Origin: Eledone cirrhosa
Lineage: Eukaryota
DNA: 64,000 nt
Reading direction: 5' to 3'
NCBI GenBank assembly: GCA_964016885.1
Contig: OZ024740.1
Location: forward strand, 214,458,001 to 214,522,000
Made by a program: the position numbers and the translations under genes
Part shown: piece by piece, positions 15,107 to 29,629 of the stretch
How the letters are laid out: every line of letters starts with the position of its first letter
How positions within the stretch are numbered: position 1 is the first letter of the stretch
Notes under the pieces: model-generated
What the model saw: the letters and a program-made list of their open reading frames with translations, nothing else
What the model was told of the DNA's origin: nothing
The model's database searches: none

Positions 15107-16140
15107 CATCACATACTTATCTAGAATCTAGTCTAGTTTTCTTAAATTCTGCTGTAATGGATTAGATAATGTTTTTTTCTTGTGCACTCCTTCCTGGAAA
15201 CACGAACCTGAATTATGGCTTGAACTTAATTATAGACTAGAGTATTGAAAAATAATGTGAAATACAATGGCGGCTCTGTTGACACCGTCAGCAAAACGAA
15301 TCGAATATTATATACAACTTTTCTTTCCTGTATTTTATGATTGATGCGTTTTGCATTGCATAAACCTCGTGGACTGATTGTCATCTTATATGCACCTGCA
15401 AGATGGAGTATTTTACATAATTTTCATTAATTCTTAAAACCTTGAAGAATGGGATGGGGTGATGGTGGTGGTGGTGGTGGTGGTGGTGACACAACAAATG
15501 AAGTGTAAACATATGAAGAAGAATAAACATCTATATGATCTTTCACTCCCTCTCTCTCTCTCTATCTTTCACTCACTCACTCTCTCTCTCTCACCCACTC
15601 TCTCTCCTCGCACTCTCACTCACCAACTCTCTCATCCTCCCACTCTTTCTCAGTCACTCACTCTCCCTGCCTCCCTCTCTCATTCATTCACTGTCTCTCT
15701 CTCCGTTCCTCTCTCACTCACTCATTGTCTCTATCTCTCTATCTCTCTCCCTCACTATCTCCCCATTTCCCCCTATCTTTCTCTTTCCCTCTATTCCTCT
15801 TTTACACACTACAGACACATGCGCCCACATATACATACATATACACATGCACACATACACACCGACGCTCACTCACCTGCACGTACACAAAATGGTGGTC
15901 ACACATTACACACACACTACACACACACACACACATTACACACACACATTACACACACACACACACACACATTACACACACACATTACACACACATACAC
16001 AAACACACACACATATTTCCTTGATGTGCACACCACGGCATTTCAAAAGTTTTTTGTTAAGATTACATAATATGAGAATATAATCTAGTTGAAGGAGCCC
16101 CTACCTGTCAGAAATAGTAGCCCAAACTCACTCAAATAAC

Positions 16141-16142
<2 letters not shown>

Positions 16143-16171
<29 letters not shown>

Positions 16172-16570
16172 CTTCTTCTTCTTCTTCCTGAGGAGGTCGT
16201 GGGGGCAGAGTCCTCAAACATTCCTTCCAGTGGGTTCTGTCATTTTATCCAATCATCTTGCTCGGGGTCTACCACTGGGTTTCCTGCCGGCTACTTTTGC
16301 TCGTAAAATCTGTCCAGCAATTCTTTCCTGAGACATTCTAACATGTCCATAGTATCGGAGCTGGTACCTCTCAATTCGGAGAAGTAGCGACTCTACCTGG
16401 AGTGACTCTCTGATCTCCGATTTATGCACTCCATCGAGTAACGTTACTCCAAAATCCTTCAGAGGAATCTTTCATTCACGATCACATTCTTTCGGACATT
16501 ACCCAAGATTCATGACCATAGGTAAGGGTTGGCACAAAAGCCGAATTGGAGAAAGCGAATTTGGCTTTTA
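16143..16570 (-). mobile_element. Degenerate RTE-like LINE 3' fragment ending in (AAG)n
   Basis: Reverse frame contains QLRYYGHVRM, an RTE-type C-terminal motif. (CTT)n tract at 16142-16187. Confidence 0.55.
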
Positions 16571-16721
16571 CGCCTACCTCTCATCATCTTTCTCATCATC
16601 GCATTGAAAATGTGGTGGATACATTTAACCGAAAAAAAAATGGAATGATTATGACAGGAATTTCTTTGATGGTATGTCTGTTTACTTCTGACTGACCTAC
16701 GGCTAAATAAACACACACACG

Positions 16722-16817
<96 letters not shown>

Positions 16818-16984
16818 CATGGCATCGTAACTCTTGTGTGAGTTGTAGGGGCATTGCATTGACATACATCGCTTCTCGGCAATTTTTAAACCTGGTGAAT
16901 CACATCCCTAGATCTGAACACAGAAGATTTCTTCCAGAAAAGGATAGAAAGTGAGAGAGTGAGAGGAAATTAGAAAGAGAGAGG

Positions 16985-17338
16985 GGAAGAATCGACTCCA
17001 GAACTCGACTGGTACTTTTCTTTATCAACCTGGAATGAATGAACGGCAAAGTTGACCTCGACAGGATTTGAACTCAGGGAGTATTGAGCCAAAATGAATA
17101 TTGCAGAACATTCCATCCGATGTTCTAACGATTCACCGCCTTCTGTCAATTATTAGGCGTGGTTTATTTAGAATATTTTATCGACCCCGTAAGGATGAAA
17201 GGCAAAGTTAATCCCGCCGAGGTTAACTATGCCTTTCATCCTTACGGGGTCGATAAAATAAAGTACCAGTAATACACTGGGTAATTTGCTGGCCTTGTGC
17301 CTAACGTAGAAACAATTATTATTATTATTATTATTATT
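16985..17338. mobile_element. SINE cluster: one diverged - copy plus one internally inverted copy with (att)n tail
   Basis: Core motif on the - strand at about 17010-17075 and 17175-17210, and on the + strand at 17210-17320. Confidence 0.75.
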
Positions 17339-17435
17339 AACCACCACCACAACAACAACTCAGAACAACAACGAAAATAACACCGACAGTCTCAATGTAA
17401 ACAGTGATGGCGGTGGCAACAGCAACAACAAACAA

Positions 17436-18071
17436 ATGAACAACAGCAACACCAACAACAACAGCAAGAACGACAACACCAACAACAAGAGCAACGGAGG
17501 AGCCATCTTTGCAGCGGCAGCAGCGAAAACAAAGCGCTTCTTCAATGTTGATATTAGCGATAAGGAACAACAGTTGGCCCAGGCGTGGAGGTTAGTTAAA
17601 CGAGAGAAGTCCTGGGCAAACCTGACCATCCTGGACGGGGCAATAGCGGCCATGCAAAGGGGGACGGTGTACTTTCGATGCATTTCAGTGCAGACATGCA
17701 AAGTGGAACTCGCCAGCCAAGCAGAGGTCGAGGCTGCTTTAAAGTGCATCGGAAGTGACATCGAGTACAAAGCAAGGGCCAAGCAGTTCGTTACCATCTC
17801 GGTACTGTTCAAAACCGAGGCCCTTGCTATTAAGCACTCGGTGATCCCCTGCAGAACGGAACGCATTATCATGCACCCGTCCTACATGGGCAAAAGGACA
17901 GTAAAGGTCCGCATTCCCAGGATCCCACCAGGAATAAACATATGGTGGCTCCTGGGATGCGTAATCGTGGAGGGGACAGACACTACCCTCCTGGATATCA
18001 AAAGAACACAGAGAGAAGACTGGTCCGGAATGGATTTGGAGATTCTTCTCCAAATGAAACCAAGGACATGA
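17436..18071 (+). pseudogene. LINE ORF1 N-terminal part (frameshifted downstream)
   Basis: 211-aa open frame upstream of the APE domain, followed by T/P/K-rich low-complexity frames typical of Tx1 ORF1. Confidence 0.6.
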
Positions 18072-18839
18072 ACAACATGCCGGATTTTGCCCGCCTGCAG
18101 GACGGGACAACAATCCAATTAATGACTGAGGGTAGACTTCTGCCCTCAGCTCAAAAATGTAGGGGGTTGCAAACCTCCTTTGCTGCCAACGCCAGTGTCA
18201 GCACGGAAAGCTGCACCACCACCACCAAAACAACACCAACAATGACACGGGTAACCCCACCAACATCAAAAACAGTCGGACCACCACCAGCACCGAAACC
18301 AATCCAAGGGGAAAACTAGGAAAGCTCTCCCACTCCCCCTACCCCTCCAATTATACACATAGACAAAACAATAAATGCACACAGACACAGATACACTCAC
18401 AGCCACAGACCCTTTGTCTTCCAGCAGTGAAGATGAAGGAAAACCCAAAAGTGCCAAAAAACGAAAGAGAAAACTCACAAAAAAGCCCCAACAAAACACA
18501 AAAAGATGCACAACAAACAATACAGACACCACTAACGCAAACACTTCCCCAATAACATCAACACCAACATCTACATCATCACCACCCCCACAATCCCCGA
18601 AACGCAAACAACCTAAGCAAACACAAGAACAAATAAACACACAGACACCTGAAATTGCAGACACCACACCTACAACAAACACAGACATACCCGAAACAAC
18701 ACCACCAAAATCATCACCACCACAGTCACCAAAACGAAAACAAATAAAACCGCACCAACAAAACATTAAAAACTTAGTGTTTGTCAGAAGGGCCAATGAG
18801 AAATTGATAACCCTTTTAACATGAAGCGAAAGAGAGGGG

Positions 18840-21800
18840 GAGATTTTTTAATTGAGCACATTTTGTGTTCCAGATTTGTTTCTGGTGCGAATGTCGCTCG
18901 ATTCCTACAAAGGAATTCGAGAGAGCTTTCCTCAGGCCGTGGGAACCCCGAACGTGAAACCCAGATCGAGAATTTTAAAGGGGTTCACAAAAGCCGGCCG
19001 GGAATGAGAGGTGGCAGTGCTGTTTAGGAAAGGCCTGAAATCGAGGTATGGTCGATCTTCCGGGACCCGGACGGTAAGTTGGTGGTCCTGTACGTGAACA
19101 ATAGTGAAGGTGGTGCCTTTAGACTGGTGGCCGTCTACGCCCCTACCGGGGCCGGACGGTCGGACTTCTTTAGGCACCTGGAAGCCTTTCTGGTTACATC
19201 TCGCCCTTTACTGTTAGCGAGGAGGAGGGGCTGGAACGGAATATTAGACGCCCGCTGGGATTGTGTGGGAGTAGCTGATAGGAGCGGGGGGTGCAAAAGT
19301 CTCAAGTACCTAATCAGCCAGTTCCAACTGTCTGACAGGTACCGACTAGATTTCCCTAATGCGTCTGTGTGGACCAGGACCAACCGCATAGGGTCATCTA
19401 GATCGTATATAGACAGGATATTCATTAGGAAAATAGATAGAAATAATGTAGGGTGTCTACATTTTAAAACGGTCGCCTATTCAGATCACAAGTTTGTGAT
19501 CTGTATGGTCAACCTAGATAAGACGCGTAGGTTAGGACCTGGTTACTGGAAGCTGAACGTTTCCGGCACGTAAAGCTTACAGGGACCGAGTCAACAATTT
19601 AGTTAAGTAAAAGTTGACAGGAGGGATATTCAACAATAGATGGTGGGGCTCTCAAAAGAGAAATTAGAGCCATTTCGATAGGGCTTAGCAAAGAAGTAGC
19701 GTTAGAGAAAAATAGAAAGGAGGGGGAGCTGATAGCTAAGTTAGACGAGGCTATTTGTAGTGGCATTGCAACTAACGTGCTAGCGGTGAGAATGGTATTA
19801 GACCATTTCTTCAATGCAAAACACGAAGGTTGCTTTGTCAGAGTTAATGCACGTGCTCTGAGAAACGAGAGAGCCAAAGCTGATCGATGGGCCCGCGTGG
19901 CAGAGGTGCAACGTGGTAATAAAACCACAATTCGGTATTCGACGGACACGATCTGAGCGATTCCAAGCGGATATGTGAGGTCTTTCGCCAGCATTTTCTC
20001 GGTTGTTCGGGGAGAGAAGTGGGTTAGATACAGTAGCGGACTTCAGTCCCTACCTCAACGGCTTGCCGTGCCTCTCGACGGCCGATGCTGAACGCTGCGA
20101 AAGGCCGATTACTTCAGCCGAAATTCAGGATGCTCTTGTCGGCTGCACGGGCACAAGTCACCCGGTTTGGATGGTTTGCCCTACGAGCTTTACGTAAATA
20201 TGCCAGACTTCTTCTACTATCTCCTCGAAGCGCTCTACTGCAACTGGCAGCATAACGGGAGTATTTCCAGTTCTGTGAGCCGGGGCATAGTGACGCTGAT
20301 AAGGAAATACGAGAACAAGAGAGACACATTAGTCAACTTTAGGCCCATAACTCTGCTCAACACAGAGGTTAATATTTTGGCCAAGGTGTTAGCGAAGAGG
20401 TTGGCGCTTGTCGATGATTTGGTTGGAAGGTGCAATCCTGACCAGGTCTATACACAACAACCTCCACCTCATGCGATACATTATAGAGAGTGTAGGGTAT
20501 AAACCTGCCTTCGGTGGGGATCTGATCAACTTAGATCAATCTAAAGAATTCGATAGGGTCGAATATCGGTACCTGGAGGCTGTCCTCAAGGCAGCTGGCA
20601 CCGGCCCCATCTTCAGAAGCTGGATCGTTGCAATGCATAGCGGCACATGCTCGATGGTCAAAGTTAGTCTCGGAACCGTTTCAGGTCTCTTGATCGGTCA
20701 GTCAAGGGTACCTTCTCTCTTCCCTTCTGTGCGTATTGGCTATTGAGCCTTTACTGCAGAAGCTGGAGCTGTTGCAGGGCATCCCGCTCGCACCGGGACG
20801 CGCAAAGGTTGTGTCGGCTTATGCGGACGACATCAACATGATGGTGTCCGACACCTCGGAAATAGAAGTGGCCGGCACCTTATTGAAGGAATATGAAAGG
20901 TTGACAGGAGGGAAAGTTAACTCGGAAAAGTCGGTGGGCTTGCAGTTCGGCATCTGGAGAGGCAAGTCCATTTCGTCCAACGGTGTCATTGAGTGCTGGA
21001 CGGACGGACCGGTAAAGTTGCTCGGGGTTTGGTTCGGACCAGACCTCCTGGATAAGAATTGGGACGAGGTAACGAGCAGGGTAGCCAGTCTCACCCCAAA
21101 ATGGACTGCAACGAATCTATCACTGAAAGGTCGCGCGGAGGTGGCGAATGCGTACATCGCGTCAGTCATCTACTACCGCCTGATCGTCGTGCCTTGCCCC
21201 CGATCACGCCTCGCCAAGTTGGAACCGCTCCTCTTCAAATTCTTGTGTCCATCTGCTACCAACACTCTCTACACGGAGGACTGGGCATGCCACGGCTAAT
21301 GATACGCAGACATGCGTTGAGGCCGCAGCATCTCCAGATATTCTGCCTAAACGGTGAACAGGTGTGGTCGCCGTTTGTCAGACGGCCTTTCCGCAGCTCG
21401 TCTCTTTGACCGAGCTGCAGTCCTGGGTCAAGAAGAGACCAAGACTGGGTGACTGGCATCTGGAATGTTGATAGGCACTCACTACCCAGGTGAGCAATGC
21501 GGTCAGTGGAACTCCCACTCTCGAGTTCTATAGAGGATTAGTGGTGGGCAAGTGCGACGGCACACTCGGAGAGGCTCTGGGCGTCGACGAAGTCGAACTG
21601 ACCAGTCTGTACCGGAGGACCTTCGAGCCGTGGACGATGGACAATTTCCAAAAATCTCTAGCTTGGCAGTACTACCGGGGGGCACTGCCGGTTCGAGATA
21701 AACTCTACAGACACGGAGGTGCTGTCAGACGGACCTGCCCGAGATGCGTGCAGCGAGACGAAACCGTTCTGAACGTACTTGTCCAATGTTCGTGCATTAC

Positions 21801-22152
21801 TGACTTGTGGAGTTATGTGGAACAGCTGTTGTCGCGTGTAGAACGGATCCGGCTATCGGCCGAGTCCATAGTGAAGATCAACCCGCTGCTTTCCTTTGGC
21901 CAGGAAGGGCAGGCAAATTTCCTCTGTTTGGTGGCAGTTGCGAAAGAGGTTATATGGTGGACCAGGCTCAATGGACTGAAGACAGACACTCTTCTCTTCG
22001 GCCAATCCTTCATCAACTTCTTCAGGTTTTACATGGAAAGGAAGGTGAGGTTGGAGAGAGAAGTGCTTCCCCTCAGTACATTTGCTAAAAGGTGGGTGAA
22101 TGTGGCGAGAATAGCTCGTGTGAGTGGGCCTACTCTGACCATGCACCTGTAG
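18840..22152 (+). pseudogene. Tx1/L1-clade ORF2 (APE-RT-zinc finger) with multiple frameshifts
   Basis: Track ORFs starting at 19079, 20167, 20408, 20736, 21059 and 21490 are consecutive pieces homologous to 61295-63872. Confidence 0.9.
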
Positions 22153-22659
22153 GCTGGTGAATTTGAGGACGAGAGGAGTGCTCTCCCTGGGTGCCCTAGA
22201 AGCGTCATGTGGTTCAGGATTGGTGGGGTACCTCAGTCGCTCCTGGGTCGTCCACCTCCCCCCTCTATTGGGGAATATATTTTGTTATGTTTTTGCATAG
22301 TTTATTATATATTTACATTGTTAAATTGGTTTTGCTTTTGTGTACTTTTACTCGAGCTTATTGTAAAGCCCCACTGTCCGTGCCTTTGTATTTCCCCTAC
22401 ATGTCGGCCCTTGTGGCCAATAAATGAAATAATAATAATTATTATTATTGTTATTTCAGGATGTAAATGGATAAAGGTGTATGCCTTAACAATGGGAGCG
22501 AACTCGTTAGTCTATAATGCATTAGTTAATATCGGAAATCCGTCAACTTGGAGAGTGGAGGAATGTGATGAAATTACTGTCCTAATTTTTTCCGACATCC
22601 AATTCTGGATATGTGGAAGGTGCTTCCAATTGATGAGGTAGATTTTGTGTTCAGGTATT

Positions 22660-22715
<56 letters not shown>

Positions 22716-22718
<3 letters not shown>

Positions 22719-23070
22719 GGGATAACAAGTTATCGTTATAGGTAATCCACTTAGAGGTAGTCCATTAGAGTACTCCGTGTTGTGGACCATACCATGGTTA
22801 TGCAGCGAGTTCGCGGTCATTTCTATGTAGGTTATAGTTGGAGTAATAATAATTCAAGAAAGAAGAGTGACATGGTTGGCTGTACAATAAGGGCTTTATT
22901 CACAGTGCTGACAATTGTTTCGTTGATCTGGTAGGTCTAGAGCTCGCTAATCGCTTGATATTGCGTCAATCGATCTCCAATACTTTGTTTACAACCAGTC
23001 AATACATCAGAGCGCATGGATATATTTGCATGAAACGAGCGTAAGCAACTAAATGCCTTAAACACAATTT
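22716..23070 (-). mobile_element. PLE pseudo-LTR-like insert with a degenerate long-stem-II hammerhead (22905-23015)
   Basis: Reverse strand reads GCGCT-CTGATGT-aTTGACTGG..~65 nt..CCAGaTCAAc-GAAA-CAATTG-TC-AGCAC. The 3' end abuts (TA)n. A diverged homolog lies at ~54600-54850 (+). Confidence 0.55.
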
Positions 23071-23101
23071 GATTGTTATTTATGTTGTATATATATACAC
23101 A

Positions 23102-23184
<83 letters not shown>

Positions 23185-23253
23185 ATACATACATACATAC
23201 ATACATACATACATACATACATACATACATACATACATACATGCATACATACA

Positions 23254-23312
<59 letters not shown>

Positions 23313-25033
23313 GTATATATGAACACTGATATAAATATACATGTGTTCCAATTGCAAATGACAAAGTTAGCTTGGTAGAAAAATACTAATTTAAAACAAT
23401 ATGGTTTGCCTTACTCGATTTAACGTAATAAATCAATAAAAATAACAAACCTATGATACCCGGACAGACGTAAATCTGTTTTCACGAATTATTAAGTGAA
23501 ATCCAATTATATTACACAGCTCGGAAAGATTCTTTTCTTTGAGCTATTTAATTGTAAAAGACTATTTTGAGTTTCTCACTGAATCTATGATATATATATA
23601 TATATATATATATATGAACATACCATATTCCACTTTAGGTAAAACTGGTTATTTCCAAGAACCAAATGGAAATTGTCACTATTGTATTTAACGATAAGAA
23701 CAACTCCATAACCAGCTGGTTTAGTAAAGAAAATGTAAAGAATTCCACGTGGAAAAAATTTGGACCTTTTAACATTTTCTCTATGGATGGCGTTGAATAA
23801 GTCAGACTTCTGGGTGAGAGTCTTTCATATGACGTTCCAGTCTCCTCTTCACCGTTATTCGAACTGTTTAGGTTCAACATTTAAACACTCATATCGAGGA
23901 TTGGTGAATGTATGGTTACATAACTACCGGTGATTTTAGCGTGGCACCATCACGCTGTAGACGAACATAAATAAATAAACAAACAAATAGATAAAAACTT
24001 TTAAAAATAAACATAAGTTTCGTTGTAATGTTTGAATGTCTGACTCTGCTCTGGTGGGGCGGCCAGCACGTGGGACGCCATTTGCTCATAATATTGAGAG
24101 ATGGGGAGGGCGTGAGAGATGGAGGTGATGACTGTGGAGTTCGGCTCCTCTGTATTCGGACCTGGTGTGCATGTATGTGTATTTACTTCTATCGATATGA
24201 CAGTAACTAATATTGTATTTAGAATAACCAAATGATTTCCAGTTGCGAATTTTGTGAATAATGTGAATAAAATGAAACAATTATTATTAAGACATTGGTG
24301 TCTGACAATAGAATCAACAGAACGCTATATAAAATACCTTATATGATTCATTTTGACCTATCCAACGGTAAACAGGCATTTGATGGACAAATCTTTGATG
24401 GTGAACATGCTGCAGTAGGGAGGTAATTTAAAAAGGTTTTGTAAATATGAATACATAAACCAGTGGTTATAGTCTTATCAAGTGTGTGTATGCGTTGATG
24501 TTCTTTCTCTTTCACTCACTCTCTCCGTCTCCCTCGTTCTCCACATCTTTCATTATTATATGCAAATGGGAGCCCACGCGCTGGCCGCCCCACGGTCCCT
24601 TTATATTCTGAGTTCAAATCTCACCGAAGTCAACTGTCTTTCGTACTTCCGAAGTTGATAAAATATATAATGATCATATGAGTTGTTTGTTTGGACAGAT
24701 AACCCCCTGATGGAAATGCAGGGCGTCATAGGGACATATATCATGTCTTGGACATTATAAACCTGGTCGAGTTCATCTCATCTCCTGTTCTGAACACAGC
24801 CGATTACATCTAGAGAAGGAGAGAGAGAGGGTGATAAAGAGGAATTGAGAAAGAGATATAGAGAAAAATTCGACCCCAATATTGGACTGGTATTTCTTTC
24901 ATGCACCTTGAAAGGATGACTGGTATTTGAACTCAGAGAGGGCAGAAAGCCAGAACAATTACCGTATAACATTCTAACAACTCTGCCAATTCACTGTCTA
25001 TTGTGGCTGTATTGCGGTCAAAATAATCGACTG

Positions 25034-27348
25034 ATCTTACTTCCTTTACCAAACTATGGTCCTATGCCTGTGACACATCTTACTTCCTTCACCAAACTAT
25101 GGTCCTATGTCTGTGACACATCTTACTTCCTTCACCAAACTCTGGTCCTATGTCTGTGACACATCTTACTTCCTTCACCAAACTATGGTCCTCTGTCTGT
25201 GACACATCTTACTTCCTTCACCAGACTATGGTCCTATGTCTGTGACACATCTTACTTCCTTCACCAAACTATAGTCCTCTGTCTGTGACACATCTTACTT
25301 CCTTCACCAAACTATGGTCCTCTGTCTGTGACACATCTTACTTCCTTTACCAAACTATGGTCCTATGTCTGTGACACATCTTACTTCCTTAACCAAACTA
25401 TGGTCCTATGTCAGTGACACATCTTTCTTCCTTCACCAAACTATGGTCCTATGTCTGTGACACATCTTTCTTCCTTCACCAAACTATGGTCCTATGTCTG
25501 TGACACATCTTATTTCCTTCACCAAACTATGGTCCTATGTCTTTGACACATGTTACTTCCTTCATCAAACTATGGTCCTATGTCTGTGACACATCTTCCT
25601 TCACCAAACTCTGGTCCTATGTCTGTGACACATCTTACTTCCTTTACCAAACTCTGGTCCTGTGTCTGTGACACATCTTACATCATTCACTAAACTATGG
25701 TCCTATGTCTGTGACACATCTTACTTCCTTCACCAAACTATGGTCCTATGTCTGTGACACATCTTTCTTCCTTTACCAAACTATGGTCCTCTGTCTGTGA
25801 CACATCTTACTTCCTTTACCAAACTATGGTCCTATGTCTGTGACACATCTTACTTCCTTTACCAAACTATGGTCCTTTGTCTGTGACACATCTTTCTTCC
25901 TTTACCAAACTATGGTCCACTGTCTGTGACACATCTTACTTCCTTTACCAAACTCTGGTCCTATGTCTGTGACACATCTTACTTCCTTTACCAAACTATG
26001 GTCCTATGCCTGTGACACATCTTACTTCCTTCGCCAAACTATGGTCCTATGTCTGTGACACATCTTACTTCCTTCACCAAACTATGGTCCTATGTCTGTG
26101 ACACATCTTACTTCCTTCACCAAACTATGGTCCTCTGTCTGTGACACATCTTACTTCCTTTACCAAACTATGGTCCTATGTCTGTGACACATCTTTCTTC
26201 CTTTACCAAACTATGGTCCTCTGTCTGTGACACATCTTACTTCCTTTACCAAACTATGGTCCTATGTCTGTGACACATCTTACTTCCTTTACCAAACTAT
26301 GGTCATATGTCTGTGACACATCTTTGTTCCTTTACCAAACTATGGTCCTCTGTCCGTGACACATCTTACTTCCTTTACCAAACTCTGGTCCTATGTCTGT
26401 CACACATCTTACTTCCTTCACCAAACTATGGTCCTATGTCTGTGACACATCTTTCTTCCTTTACCAAACTATGGTCCTATGTCTGTGACACATCTTTCTT
26501 CCTTTACCAAACTATGGTCCTCTGACTGTGACACATCTTTCTTCCTTTACCAAACTATGGTCCTATGTCTGTGACACATCTTACTTCCTTTACCAAACTA
26601 TGGTCATATGTCTGTGACACATCTTTGTTCCTTTACCAAACTATGGTCCTCTGTCCGTGACACATCTTACTTCCTTTACCAAACTCTGGTCCTATGTCTG
26701 TCACACATCTTACTTCCTTCACCAAACTATGGTCCTATGTCTGTGACACATCTTTCTTCCTTTACCAAACTATGGTCCTATGTCTGTGACACATCTTTCT
26801 TCCTTTACCAAACTATGGTCCTATGTCTGTGACACATCTTTCTTCCTTTACCAAACTATGGTCCTATGTCTGTGACACATCTTTCTTCCTTTACCAAACT
26901 ATGGTCCTATGTCTGTGACACATCTTTCTTCCTTTACCAAACTATGGTCCTATGTCTGTGACACATCTTTCTTCCTTTACCAAACTATGGTCCTATGTCT
27001 GTGACACATCTTTCTTCCTTTACCAAACTATGGTCCTATGTCTGTGACACATCTTTCTTCCTTTACCAAACTATGGTCCTATGTCTGTGACACATCTTTC
27101 TTCCTTTACCAAACTATGGTCCTATGTCTGTGACACATCTTTCTTCCTTTACCAAACTATGGTCCTATGTCTGTGACACATCTTTCTTCCTTTACCAAAC
27201 TATGGTCCTATGTCTGTGACACATCTTTCTTCCTTTACCAAACTATGGTCCTATGTCTGTGACACATCTTTCTTCCTTTACCAAACTATGGTCCTCTGTC
27301 TGTGACACATCTTACTTCCTTTACCAAACTATCCTCCTATGTCTGTGA
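25034..27348. repeat. 43-bp minisatellite, about 54 units
   Basis: Unit tgtctgtgacacatctt(a/t)cttcctt(t/c)accaaactatggtccta, with no spacers. Confidence 0.97.
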
Positions 27349-27525
27349 AATATATTTAGTTTTGTCTTGATACACCGCTGTTTTACGATTCCCCCCCCCT
27401 CCTCCTCATTTCCCGGTCCCCCTTCTCCACCCCCTCCTCCTCTCCCGCTTCATCCGCTTCTTCCTCCATTTCCTCATCATAATTGTAGGTGTTATTTATA
27501 AATATAATAATGATAATATTGTTCT

Positions 27526-27570
<45 letters not shown>

Positions 27571-27571
<1 letters not shown>

Positions 27572-27758
27572 CGAAGGAAATGTGGTAAGGAACCAGGTGG
27601 ACCATAACGCACCAAAGTACTCAATACTTAGGGCAGTAGAGTGGGTAATAGGAACAAGTAAGACCCCGACGGCTGAGCTCAAGCCGTTTCGACGGCTAAT
27701 TCTGTACCGGATTAGCCGTCGAAACGGCTTGAGCTCAGCCGTCGGGGTCTTACTTGCT

Positions 27759-27760
<2 letters not shown>
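27571..27760. mobile_element. Family A fold-back insert
   Basis: Long - arm plus short + arm meeting in gacggctaat...attagccgtc. (TA)n on both sides. Confidence 0.75.
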
Positions 27761-27835
<75 letters not shown>

Positions 27836-27846
27836 ATTTATATGTA

Positions 27847-27882
<36 letters not shown>

Positions 27883-28385
27883 TATGTCGTGTGTGTATAT
27901 ATGTCGTATGTGTATATATGTCGTATGTGTGTATAAAGATGTTTTCTCTCTCTATTTTGATTTATTTCTGTTCCATTAAATGTTACAGATATCCCGTGAA
28001 GCTTTTGTTGAAATATTCTTCAATACATGGTCGACTGATGCATCACACCAATATATATATATATATATATATATGGTGGCTGCCAACTCGTTTTCGAGTA
28101 CGGCCAGTACCTTATATCCATGTAGGAGAACTCCTACCGATGCGCTGAACGAGTGTGACTTTTTAGTCCAGCCTGCAACATGAAAACTCTGGCACAAACA
28201 CTACACTTGTGACAATTATTGACACATAGTGCTGGGCCCATGGTACCATGTGACGACAAGTGCAGAGAGATCTCCAGATATAAAGCAATGCCTGTGCCGT
28301 GAAGCTTTTATAGTGAGTAAAGGCACTGCACAAAGCCAGTCCCACTCTCTTAACCAAGATGATATTTATCAAAAAGAAGAACAAG

Positions 28386-28429
<44 letters not shown>

Positions 28430-28726
28430 TATAAAGTATGTCCATAGAATCATTTGATAATATATATACACCATTTCCTCTCCCAATTAGCATAATCAAC
28501 CACACAAAAAAAAAAACAATTAAATCAGAATATAAGATTAAAAGGCACCTATGAACAAATAGTAGATAAATAAACGACAGCCATCTATTCGCGGTCAACC
28601 GCTATAGAATATTTACCCAACATTTCAATAGCACGTGGAAATCGATTAAATATACCGTCAACCATACACAATTAGGTAGAAAATTAAAGTAAGAAGAAAA
28701 AATTGATATACACATACCAGGATTAC

Positions 28727-28807
28727 GTTTCTACCCTTAGGGTTTCGTTCGCTTTCGGAAATATCCTATCAAGGATAATTTCTCGAGCTTCGAACTCATC
28801 AGGAATC
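28727..28807 (-). ncRNA. Type I hammerhead with extended stem II
   Basis: Reverse strand reads gaTTC-CTGATGA-GTTCG[..GAAAT TATCCT tgat AGGATA TTTC..]CGAAC-GAAA-CCC taa GGG-TA-GAAac. Confidence 0.75.
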
Positions 28808-29414
28808 AAACTCACTTGGACAAAGATTTTTCTTAAATGATCCCCGCCAGAAACGAATTCAAAATGGCTTAAATGGCTATATATATGAATATATGAATAA
28901 AAATAGACTGAGAAACAGGAAAAGTCTTTCATCAGTAGTCTGCTGATTCTCATTGGTATTTCATCGTATTAAAGACTAGATACCTAAAATCAGTGTGAGC
29001 GATAACTACATTAAGTTATCGAGACAGAGGGAAGTGAACAAACAACATGATAGTAACGCAACGTAAAGAGAGGAAAAGAGAGACAAGTCAATGAATCTTG
29101 TGGGCTTAAGTCCGACAAATCAAATGACGAGAAGAAAATAGACACGTCCGAGCCACGAAAAAAGTAAGAGAGGAAAGAATTTCGGCAGGTCAGACGGGAG
29201 GAAGTGAGAGAGAAGGAGTAGCAGAGAGTGAGTGAAAGTGTGAGGAAGGGGCCAACTGAGAGTGTGTGACCAGCAGCGGGTGGAGGTAAGGGGGAGATAG
29301 AAAGAGGATAGCAGTAAGGTGACAGAAAAAATACGAACCACAGCGAAGGGAAAATATTTGTGAATGAAAAATGGCGTGCTACGTTGTTGCGAATATGAAC
29401 ATATGATATATATA

Positions 29415-29479
<65 letters not shown>

Positions 29480-29629
29480 ATATATATTTATGTAAATATA
29501 TATATATATATATACATATATGTATATACACACACACACATATATATATGATGGCTGTACCCTCGTTATGGTGCATGGCAATTGCACGTAAAAAACATAA
29601 TTATAGCAACAGCGACGATAATTAAAATA

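Larger units (their letters stand above)
17341..22432 (+). mobile_element. Near full-length, decayed Tx1/L1-clade LINE
   Basis: ORF1-like region 17436-~18800. ORF2 fragments with APE (VAVYAP, SYIDRI, SDHK), PGYWKLN, DGLPYELY, FRPITLLN, AYADD and CPRC..DETVL..L.QC. The 3' UTR ends aataaatgaa followed by an aat/att repeat. Confidence 0.92.

Noticed and set aside
25034-27348. CRISPR-like regular repeat
   Set aside because: Units are contiguous with no unique spacers, no cas genes are present, and the context is eukaryotic.
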